Shown here: piece by piece, positions 51,266-61,660 of the stretch
Numbering within the stretch: position 1 is the stretch's first letter
How the letters are laid out: each line of letters opens with the position of its first letter
NCBI GenBank assembly: GCA_026770705.1
Contig: JANJGN010000041.1
Coordinates: forward strand, 2,666,001-2,730,000
Length of the DNA: 64,000 nt
Direction of reading: 5' to 3'
Source: Isurus oxyrinchus
Taxonomy: Eukaryota
Made by a program: the position numbers and the translations under genes
Notes under the pieces: generated by a model
Databases searched by the model: none
What the model was told of the DNA's origin: nothing
Seen by the model: the letters and a program-made list of their open reading frames with translations, nothing else

Positions 51266-51572
51266 AAGGTACACCAACAATCGTGAGGATGGGATAGTAA
51301 AAGTATTGAATAATCGGAAACATTCTTCTGACCCAATGATCGAATGTGATTTCATCATAAAACGTCAACAGATAGTAAACATCCCAGGACAACTCACTGC
51401 CTCTTGGTATATTATTCCAATCAACTGTTCTCAGATTCTGATCCATTGATTTAACATTCCAATCTGCTATTCTCAGATTTTGGTCCATTCCTTTAGCATT
51501 CAAGTTCATTGTTCTCAGATTCCATTATATTTTTGGAATATTCTAATCTATTGTTCACCGATTCTTATATAT
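51266..51572 (-). pseudogene. Orphan GPR139-like exon 1 with heptad (21-bp) N-terminal repeats; open from ATG 51509
   Basis: ORF MNLNAKG-MDQNLRI-ADWNVKS-MDQNLRT-VDWNNIP...IQYFYYPILTIVGVP, then phase-1 T|GTATCT (GT at 51265-51264). Further repeat units containing stops extend to ~51572. Confidence 0.75.
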
Positions 51573-51929
51573 CTTCTCCCTCTGTTTGTAGCTGCTGATC
51601 CCTGAATGTGCTGCGGTGATGCTACCTCTCTCAGGATGAGATAGTGCATTGGAGGGACACGCAGATTAATTGAAGAGGTGTAACCTCCTTTGACATAAGT
51701 AGGGTCCGTGGAGACTGATATCATGATGTGACAAAAAATAATTTTCTGTTAATCTCTTTCTTTCCTACCCTTTTTGACCTTAATAAAACGGACAATTTCA
51801 CAGCTTTGGTTGGTCTGTGTGAGGGCTCCCGAGCGAAAGAAAGGGTGAAATCGTGGACACACTAACATTAACACTTCAATTCCCCTTGGATATCGGAGTA
51901 TTCCCGAAGTGTTGTGAATGTTGATACCT

Positions 51930-52560
51930 GTTTATCGAAGGGCAGATGGATAAGGGCAAAGAATTGTGATTGAAGGTTTGTGTAATACGTGAGAATCAAT
52001 ATTCTTGGGAAAAATGAGTTTGTTGATTAGAAACCATGGGCTTGTAAATAACAGCCAGAAGAAACACAGAGAGAAACAAATGCCTCAGACAAACTTAATT
52101 GAGTTTTTTCATGAAGTAACAGAGAGGGTTGATAATGATAATCTGTTTTTTTGCTGTCTCCAGGGACAAAATCTGATCACGTTCCACGTAATGGATTTGT
52201 TAGGAAACAGTAAGTGATGGATTGAAAGCGCAGTGAAATTGTGAATATGGCATTGTTGAAAGATTGCTTAGAGAGTGGTGGTGTTTTGAGAGGAGGGTGT
52301 GAATGCAGTGACCGTTTCCATAGGTCACAATGCGGAATTCTATTCCATTTGATAAATGCAAATGAACAAGCATTTCATGTGATGAACTTTCCATGTTTCC
52401 AGACCACAGGAACTCAGGAATGTGATCACTGAGGAGGATATTTGCAAGATTCTTGGAGCAATAGACCGGTAATTGAAATGGAGAAACGAAAGCAAAATAC
52501 AATTTCATGCAAAGCATCGTGAAAGATGCAGTAAAGGAACAATGAGTAGAGACAATGTAA
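51930..52560 (+). mobile_element. CR1 RT fragment
   Basis: ORF 52005..52217 has NNSQ..MPQTNLIEFFHEVTERVD (CLTNLIEFFEEVT motif). Confidence 0.7.
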
Positions 52561-52579
52561 ATTAAATACAGAGATATAA

Positions 52580-53880
52580 AATAGGAGCAGGAGTCCACCA
52601 TTCGGCCGATCGAACCTGCTCCCCATTCAATACGTTCATGGCTGACCTGTTTGTATTAATAATTCCTCATTCCTATCTACCGCGGATAACATTTGACTCA
52701 CTTGCCTAGCAATAATCTCTCCATCTCCCTCTTAAAGATATGCAGTGATCCCACCTCCACCGACACCTGAGGCTGACAGATCCATAGTCAAATATTCCTC
52801 TGAGGGTCCAAAATAATTATCCATATGTCTGACCTAAAAGTGCAAGGACAAATTTTTAAAAAGTGCTCTCTAGTTCTTGACTCACCATCAAAGAGGAAAC
52901 ACGGTTTGCACGCCCACCTTGTCAAGACCATTCAGGGTCTTTTACACGTCAATGAAGTCGCCATGTATTCTTCTGAACTCCAATGGAAACAAGCCCGGCC
53001 TGTCCAACCTGCACTCAGGAGACAACCCATTCATTCCAGCTATAAATCTAGTGAAACTCCTTTGAACAGTGTCTAATGCATGATCACCCTTCCTTAAATA
53101 AGCAGAGCAAAACGGCAAATAGTATACTGGATTTGTTCTCACTTAAAGCCCCGTCTAACTGAAACATAACATTCCTATTCTTATGTTCCATTTGTTCCAC
53201 GATCGAGGAAAGCATTCTACTAGCATTCTTAATTAACTGTTGTACCTGTATACTAACATTTTGTGACTCATGCACAGAAAGTTTTACATCCGTCTGCACC
53301 TTGGAATTCTGCAGTTCTTCACCACTTATGTAACGTTCTGGTCTTTTATTCTTCCTGCCAAAGTGAGCAAATTCACATTTTCTCACATTAAACTCCAACG
53401 TCCAGGTAAATCCATCTCACGCAGCCTATCTATACCCTTCTGCAACCACCTTGTGTCCGCTTGACAACACACTTTCTTACATATCGTTGTGTCATCTGCA
53501 TTTTTATTGCAATCTTTGCTCCCCTCTTGTAACTCATGATATGAATTGTACAAATGTTTGGTCCCGAGCACCAACTCCTGCGGGGCTCCACTCGTTATTT
53601 CCTGCCAATCAGAAAATGTCCCTCTGCATCTTTCTTTTTTCCCTGCCAGACAGGCAATCTTCTATCCAGCTCAAATGCAATCACCTGATCCATGGATTTT
53701 CATTTTCCACAATAAGCTTTGATGTGGCACCTAATCGAAATCCTCTGAGAATTCCTAGTACAGCACCTCTACAGGCTTCTCTGTATCCATGGCACAATTT
53801 ACCCCTTCAAAGTACTCCAAAGAATTGGTAAAACATGATTTCCTTTCACAAAACCATTTTCCTTCCCCATTAACTTGAGA
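52580..53880 (-). mobile_element. CR1 LINE 3' half (paralog of 34540-35830)
   Basis: ORFs with NADDTTI, MEFNVRKCEFAHFGRKN and LDTVQRSFTRFIAGMNGLS..RLDRPGLFPLEFRR. 3' tail AGGAGCAGGAGTCCACCATTCGGCC. Confidence 0.85.
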
Positions 53881-53889
53881 TTTTCTAAT

Positions 53890-55338
53890 TGCAAATTACA
53901 GTATTCCGTTTGCTGTTGATTTTTTTTTAATTGATACCGTTTTTGTTAACATAAACAAAAATACTTGGAAAAACTCAGCAGGTCTGGCAGCATCGGCCGA
54001 GAAGAAAAGAGTTGACGCTTCAAGTCCTCAGGACCGTTCAACTGAACTAGTTGGTGCTTTTTACAGTTTGAGTCTGTGTGTGTTTTGTTCAACGATAACA
54101 TTGTCCAAGTTGCTGGTCGTTTTCAACGGAATTGTTCAAGTTTTTGGAGTTTTCAATGTAGAAGTTGCTTTTGAATTTGTTGTTTTACTTCAATGTTGAA
54201 GTTGTTGTTGAATTTGTTAACGTTTTCAAATGTTGAGGATGTTGTGTAGTTTGTTGGTTTGTTAAAATTGACGTTATGTTTGAAAATTTTGGCATTTTTA
54301 GTTAATGCAATTTTTGCTGAACATGGTGTTTCTCGGGGTTGTTGTTGATTTTGTTGGTGTTGTTGAATGCTGAGGTTGTTGAATTTTATGGTCTTTATCA
54401 ACGTTGAGGTTGTTCTTGCGTTTGTTGTTCATTTTCAATGGCGAGGTTTTTCATGAATTTGCTGGTGTTTTATATTGTTGAGGATGTTGGTGATTTTGTG
54501 CGAGTGTTTCAATGTTGAAGTTGTTGTTGAATATGTTTTTCAATGTTGAGGTAGCCGTTGAATATGTGGCAGTTTTCAATTTTGTGGTTGTTCAACTTGT
54601 TCGTGTTTTTGGTGATAAACTTGTTGTTGGATTTGTTGCTGTTCTTCAATCTTGAGTTTGTTCTGGAATTTGTTCATCAGTTTCAATTGCAAATTTGTTT
54701 GTGAATGGGTTGATGAATTTTCTCCTGTTTTTCAATGACGATGATGTTGCTGAGTTTCTTGGTGTTTTCGCTGTTCAGGTTGTTATTGAATTTGTTGATC
54801 TGTTTTTAATTTTCCGGTTGCTGTTGAATTTGTTGTTTTGTTCTGCACCCTATTCTTCTTGCATTTGTTCATGTTTTTACATGTTGAGGTTTTGTTCTTC
54901 TTTTTCCAATAATATCATTTTGGAAGTTGTTGCTGTTTTTCAATTCAAGGGTGTTTTTTAATTTGTTGACAGTTCCAATATTGGGTTGTTGATAAACTTG
55001 TTGGCGATTTTCCATGGCAAGGTTTTCTTTGAATTTATTTTTTGTTTTTAAATCCTGGTTGTTGAATTTCTTGATGCTTTTCAGTGTTTTGTTTGTCGTT
55101 GGATTTTTTTTGTTGTTGCTGTTTTTCAATGCTGAAGATGTTGCCGAATAGGTTGATATTTTCCAATGGTTATTGTTGAAATTGTTCATATTTCTTTTTA
55201 TTTTGAGTTTGTTATCGAATTTGATGGAGTTGTTCAATATTGATGTTGTTCTTGAATGTGTTGGTGGTTTTCAAAACTGCGGTTCTTTATGATTTTTTTG
55301 GTGATTCCAATGTTGAAGTTATTGTTAAATCTGTTGGT
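53890..55338. repeat. G/T-rich ~35-bp degenerate minisatellite
   Basis: Repeated TTTTCAATGTTGA.GTTGTTG.TGAATTTGTT. It produces spurious N/Q/K-rich ORFs on the minus strand. Confidence 0.8.
53951..54048 (-). mobile_element. Short Penelope 3'-end derivative with a degenerate hammerhead motif
   Basis: GGAAAAACTCAGCAGGTCTGGCAGCATCGG..GAAGAAAAGAGTTGACG matches 61717-61767. Core has decayed to CAGUUGA...GAAGC. Confidence 0.8.
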
Positions 55339-56402
55339 TGTCATGACTCACAGGATCTGGTGCACTGTAATACCAAACCCCGCTGTTCCCACGGGGAGGG
55401 ATGGGGTTGGGGGGGGGCGGGGGTTGGGGATGTGGTGGGCGGGAGTGGATGGACAAGAACAGTGTGGAAAAAGTTTGATTAGACCATCAAATTGTCCAAT
55501 TCTACCTAACTGTTTAATTTAGGTTAACACAATATGAGCAACAGGTTTGTAAACTAAACAAGTAAATTACTGCGTACTAATGAGTGGTACTAACCAGTGG
55601 CAAAACAAAGAAATAAAGAAATATGAGCTGCTAACGTGTAACCCTATAACTGCAGCTTTTATGCGTTCTTAACCCATATATACAAACACAGACACATATA
55701 AATCATACAAACTATGAACTTCAAAGGTGAGATAAAACAGTTCAATATCACCACTCCAGAGTGCGTGGTCAGAAGGGTTCATTTTAATTGACGATTTTGC
55801 AAATTCCTTGCAGTTCATTGTTGATGTCATGATCCGGTCTTCCAGCACTTTCAATCTGTAGTTCAACGGTTGACAAGTTGCATTTCAATGTCTCTTCTTG
55901 TAAATTTCCCCTTTTCCTCTTGACAGGCGTTTTTCAAAGAGAGCAGGTTCCAGAGACTTGAAGAAAAAACAATTAGCTGGCCTTTTTCTATTTACTGGAA
56001 ACTTACACACACAGGAGAAACAAATTTTAGGTCTGTTCTCTTTGATGGCAAGGATTTCTCTGATCACTGATATCACACACAACCTTCGTCACCTGATCAG
56101 GAGCCAATTAAAATGTTGTTTCTAGGCAGTTCCCCTGAGTTCAGGACACCTTTGCAGCACCATGTTGTTCAACCTGGCACACACAGTTCCAAGAGATAGC
56201 CACATGGTATTTTCCTCATCATGCTCCAGTGAATATGCCACTGACCTCAGCCATGCCAGAGTGTAAACCCACTGTCCAATTTCTAGAAACTCAATCCAAC
56301 AAAAATAAATACGAAGAAAATGATACGCTCCTCACATGCCTCTACCCTTTAAAGGGACAGAACAGCACTTCAGAAATGTATTTCATCATAAGTTGTGTGA
56401 CA
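55339..56402 (-). mobile_element. Probable 3' LTR of the Gmr1-type element
   Basis: Bounded by TGTCA (55339) and TGACA (56398-56402) inverted termini. Lies directly downstream of the integrase region on the minus strand and abruptly ends the minisatellite. Confidence 0.55.
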
Positions 56403-58800
56403 CCTAGGCAACAAAACACGAGACATACATTCATTAATTGCTCTTCCCCCTTGTAAAATCTGAAACATTTCATATCCCTTAAAATTATTTCATTATTTTA
56501 CGCCCGGGACAATGCCTATGCAGTCAATTTTTTTTTCCAGCAATATGAAAAATCTTTACATTAGATGGTTGAAACAATAGACACCATTTAAACAGACTCT
56601 TGTTTCGAGTCTTAAACTTTTCACTGAAAGCCAGAGAATTACGGTCAGTGTAGATAAGTCTTTCTTTGTTATCGTCCTCTTTTTTGTCTTCTTTATCTCT
56701 GCTCCTTTCACCTTCTTTGCTCCTACTTCTTTCCCTTTCCTTGCTTTTGGATTTTACACTTGTTTTCCTTCAGCTTTATATTTGCCGTGTTCTGCATCAT
56801 TGCTATTGGATTTAGCATCGTTTTTGTTGTGTTTTCTGTTCCCTGACTGTGCTCCTGGAGTTTGCATGTTTCCTCTTTTAGATTTCGATTCTGGTCCGTT
56901 TTGCTCTCTCGTTGCTTTTAGTCTGTGTACGATCACCAATTCTGGATTTCCCCTCCTGACATTACTCTGCTCTGCATCACGTGCGCTGGAGTTTGATTTG
57001 TTTCTCCAACTCTGTTTCATTAGTCTGCTTTCGTGTGACTTTACATGCTTATCTGACTCTTTCAAGAAGCATGACACGTAATCCAACGGGGAGGATGTAT
57101 CTTTCTGCTTTCGGAGCTTTTCGTCAAAAACTTTAAATGGTTCATCTTATTTCATGACCATAGATCGAATCAAATGAACTAAATCAAGCGGGTTGTTTTG
57201 GAGAATCGCTGGTAGCAAATACTGAGAAATGTAATCCTTTCTCCACATCCTTTTGGTTTTCAGAGCAATAGGTGTTCATCATGGTTTTCAGAATCTGATG
57301 GTGACTCTCTAAATCTCCCTGTGTCTGTGGGTGATGGGTGTAAGACTTTAGTTCTTTATGCTCAAATTGCTGATTATGTCCCGGAAAAATTTGGACATGA
57401 TGTTAGAACCTTGGTTTTTCAATTGTCTTTCAGTTGGTAGGCAATAACGTTTGAAAAACTGAGTTAATGTTTCCACTTCCACTGTAGCTGTAATTGTCCT
57501 TCACTGAACGACTTCTGGAAATCGGGATGTCATATCCATCATTGTAAGGATATAATAATCTCCTGCTTTCATTTTGGGTAATGGTCCCACACAATCTACT
57601 CGTACCCAATTGAGTCTTTGTTCAAAAACTGGTATGGGTGTTAAAGGTGCTGATTTGATTACATGTTGAGGTATACCTGTTACCTGACATGTATGACACA
57701 ATTTTACTAAATTGCACCACGTCCTTAAGATGGCCTTGGTAAGTTAGAATGCCTGTTTATTGGATCTTGGGTTCTCCATATTCCATCATGTCCTGTCATA
57801 GATATTTCATATGGAACTCACAATATTTCCTGACGATAAGTGCGTGGTATGACTACCTGATGAACAGCCATTCATTCCTCTCTGCAGGTCTGTGAGGGTG
57901 TCTCCGCTTCCTCGTTAAAGCTCTGCTTTTAATGTACTAGCAGCCCAGAATTCCATACCCCTCAGCTTGATTTTGAGCAGACTGCACTAACTTGTTTAAC
58001 TCTGGATGCGCCTTCTGAGCCTCAATTAATGGAGGACTGCCCGAAATTCCCTTTGAATTAGCCTCATTATTAAAGAAAGTTTCAGCTACTCCAACATCTG
58101 CTTGTGGCATTAATTTGGCCTCTGGTGAAGGACATTGTTTACCACTGATCTGTTCACCAAACAGAATAGATAAATACCAGGAACTTGTTCTTATATAGAT
58201 TCTGTCCCTTTAGCCTCTCTCAGACGTTTCATAATTCAATCATGCCAAATCGTTCCACAGGACTAAATCAACTCCATCCACGGATAATTTCTAACTGCTC
58301 TTACAACCGCTGATGAGGACAAGAAATCGGGCAAAGAAACCAGGATATATTCTTACTTTCCCAGTTTAATAATACTTTAGCTTTCACTGAGCTCTCTGGA
58401 GGGAAAACTAGGTCTTTTTCCAGAAAAAAAACATTTTGTAGCCCCTGTTTCCTTTAAAAGAGCTATGAGTTTAGCTGTAGCATTTGACAAAAAAAAGTGT
58501 TATCTTTCCTTTCGACAAAAACCCTTTAAATCTCGCGTATACTTTATTCACTTCATCTGCATTCACAGCATTGTTTACCTCCAGGCCCTTATTTGTAATT
58601 TAAGGTACAATTTGACCCGTGGCACTTTCCTTTTCTGTTCCCTTTTCAGGCTGACTCTTGTGAACACCTCTTATTCCTATGGGCTTCCCTAGCAACATCC
58701 AGCAATCTGAAATAATGTGCCCTCCTTTATTACAATGGAAACAGGTGGGCCTTCGTGTTTCACCTCCGTTCTCGGTTTCTCCTTTCTTCATCTGAACGTT
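56403..58800 (-). mobile_element. Degenerate Gmr1-type Gypsy internal region (gag zinc knuckle, protease, integrase; RT not detected)
   Basis: CFHCNKGGHIISDC (ORF 58600..58791), protease-like LKETGAT (~58440-58460), and integrase CHTCQVTG..PLTPIPVFE..VDCVGPLPK..YILTMMDMTSRFPE (57501..57701) plus HPQTQGDLE (~57320). Confidence 0.85.
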
Positions 58801-59204
58801 AAAGATATATGAGGGGAAACGTCCAGCTAGCTATCATTGTTCTTCCACAATAACACCCTCCACGATCAGAGGAATAGTATTTAGGTTTTGTTCCTTTCAG
58901 GCTAGGAGGTATTGTGTTGCACTCCCCTCAAACAAAACCAGTTCAGCTGATCACGAGCAGGTTGAAACGTCGTTCCCAAGCATCTCCCTTGGCTCAGGAA
59001 TCCTTTATGGCACCATCCTGTCCTTCAGGGCACACACGGTTCCAGGACTGCAACACTGTATATATCTCTTATCATAATCCAGTGGACATGCCTTTCAAAC
59101 TGCAGTCATTGTCATGTTCGTCCCCAGGGCAAGAGAAAAAATAATAACATTTTCCTTTAAACTGTCCAACAAAAATAAAATGATGTGTTGTTTCCAGATA
59201 AAAA

Positions 59205-59435
59205 CCTGGAATTGGTAAAGTATGTTGATGACCATGAAAATATTGCGGATTGCTGTAAAAACCTGCCCTTACCAGGTCTGGCCAGCATGTAAATGCAGAT
59301 CCACATCAATGCGCTGCACTCTTAACTGCGCTCTGATTTGTCCAGCAGGCCATTCAGTCCTCAAGGGCAATTACTCTGGAAGGGTGATAAATGCTGGCCA
59401 GGCCAGTGACGCCCCCATCCCGTGAAACATAAGAA
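59205..59435 (+). mobile_element. SINE 3' half sharing its tail with the local LINE family
   Basis: CTGGAATT..GATGACCATGAAA..GATTGCTGTAAAAACC..AAGGGCAATTA..ATAAATGCTGGCCAGGCCAGTGACGCCCCCATCCCGTGAA. Confidence 0.7.
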
Positions 59436-60169
59436 AAACATGTTTCCGTATTTTGTTTCCTTAGCTCATTTCATTAACATTTTCATGGATGCCGCAATGC
59501 ACATCATTGACGGGTAATACTTGCTCAGCCAACCAGAACTGCCAACGGTCACAAGGCAAACTCATGTGATGGACAATATTGTATGTGTTGTCACAGAGAC
59601 TGACAACATTCACAGCAGGTTGTGCTACAGAGCGATGAGGAAGCAGTTGAACTGGGAGCACTGCATCTCAGAAAGCGGCATCTCGTTGGGCTGCCCTGGT
59701 AAGCATTTGGCTTTGAATGGACCTGAAGAAAAAGAAGGGGCAGTTTTCACGTGCTGGGGATTGTCTCGGTGGGGTGAGTATTGCTGTCTTGTCCTGTTAT
59801 AGAGGTCAGTGATGAAGTAGTATTAGAAGGTTAGCAGGGTCTCCGTACAACAGGGCTGGAGCAGGGCCTAGAGAAGAGAATCGGCATTTCATAAATACAT
59901 AGAGTTTAAATCGTTCTGTTTTTGGGATTTGAGCATGGAGAGGAAAAAGATTGAGGTCAAGGAATTGCTGTTTATGAAGAGCTTATAAGGAAGTGCTGAT
60001 CATTTCTGTCTACCAGCCTCCCAAATGTGAGGGTGGGACTGTGAAGAGTTGGGCATGATAGAGCTCGCATGAACTTAGTGAGTTGCTGGTGAGGAAAGGA
60101 GCTAAGGGTCACACTCCCTATTGGGATCCCAGAGGGAGGGAGGTAGAGTTATCTATCTCTGAGAGAGGC

Positions 60170-60715
60170 ATGGTACGAGTTTGAGGGGTCAGTGTTAGTG
60201 GAGTTTGCAGGTACAGTGTTGGTGTGTTTTGGGTGGGTTCATTGTTAGGGAACTTTGAGAGTTCAATTTTAGTGGAGTTTCGGGGATCAGTGTTCATCCG
60301 GTTTCGGGGTTTCAATGCTAATTGAATTTGGGTGTTCAGTGTTAGTGGGATTTGTGTGTTCGGTGGTAGTAGAGTTTTTTTTTGGTGTGGGTGGGGTTTA
60401 GTGTTTGCGGATTTTGGGAGTTCAGTGTTAGTGAGATTTGGGGTGCAGTGTTATTGGGGTTGGGGGTTCAGTCTCAATTAGTGTACTGCCGCCTTTCTCG
60501 GTCTGTGGGTGTCAACAATTCTATAACACAAATTGGCTTTCACCATTCGACTGGGTTCAGTGTTCGTGGTGTTTGGGGGATCAGTATCAGTGGGTTTTGG
60601 GATTTCACTGTTAAAAGTGTTTTGGGGTTCATTGTTTCTGGGGTTCAGTATTATGGAGCTCAGAGTTTTTGTGCTTTGGGGGATTCAGATTTAATGGGAT
60701 TCAGGGGTTCAACAA
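60170..60715. repeat. Degenerate ~23-bp minisatellite (GGGGTTCAGTGTTAGTGGGATTT)n
   Basis: About 20 recurrences of GGG(G/A)TTCAGT(G/A)TT..TGG. Confidence 0.8.
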
Positions 60716-60888
60716 GCGCTTGTTATGAGAAACACTTCCTTGTGCTGTCACACACCCGGATACGTCACAGAACAAGGGATCTGTGTACTCACGACTCCAC
60801 TTCGCATCCATTTTTTGTCAGAGTCGGATGATCAGTCTCAAGTACCTGAATTGTCAACTCAATTTGATGATAACCTTCCCCCAACACA

Positions 60889-60988
60889 AATGTTGTGGAA
60901 GGGTCATGAGGACTCGAAACGTCAACTCTTTTCTTCTCTGCCGATGCTGCCAGACCTGCTGAGTTTTTCCAGGTAATTCTGTTTTTGT
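60889..60988 (+). mobile_element. 100-bp Penelope 3'-end derivative (hammerhead motif plus tail) with a perfect 13-bp TSD
   Basis: TTCCCCCAACACA at 60876..60888 and 60989..61001. The interior is the near-exact reverse complement of 61697-61793. Confidence 0.88.
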
Positions 60989-61660
60989 TTCCCCCAACAC
61001 ATCTCTATCCTGGAGATTCGTTCACTCTGTCAGCGAGGGGATGGGATGGAATGTGACCCTCGAGCCTTGCTCCTCCCCTATTCCCCTAGCCCCCACTTAG
61101 CTCGCACCCATCCAATCCACCTCGATACCCAGTTCTCACTCCCACCTCTAACCCTGCCCAGGGGCTTTGTGTGGGTGTGTCTGAAGCATTGTCCTATCGA
61201 CGTTACTGTGGTCCTGGACCTCAACAACGTTAATTGTGACTGGATCAAAGCCGAAGTCAAAGTGACGTATGTCGTGAAGTACAAACTGGACATTTGTGAG
61301 GAAAAGGAAGCCCATCTTCGTCAGGTCAGGGGCTTCATCCTGCAGTCATTCCCAGGCTGTGGGCATCAGGCAATCAATTACACGAGTGGGCGTTATTTAA
61401 CCATTCCATTGATTCAACATCTGCAGCTGGCATTGAGTCGAGGGCAGGAATAACGTTTCTCTTCCTCACTCTCTGGGAGGGGTTTAATTGAACTGACTGG
61501 GGAGAGGGGAGTGAGTTCCCCAAATGCTGAATGGGCAGAGTGTGAAGTGGTGTGAAGGGGAAAGGGAGTATTCGGGTCTTGGCGAGCAGGGACATGTTTC
61601 CCGCTTATGTTCAGTGATTGAACTTCCCTCGTGCTAAGGGACCAATCGATGTCTCCTGAG

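Noticed and set aside
54153-55237. N/Q/K-rich ORFs resembling prion-like proteins
   Set aside because: Translations of the G/T-rich minisatellite, with frames broken repeatedly.
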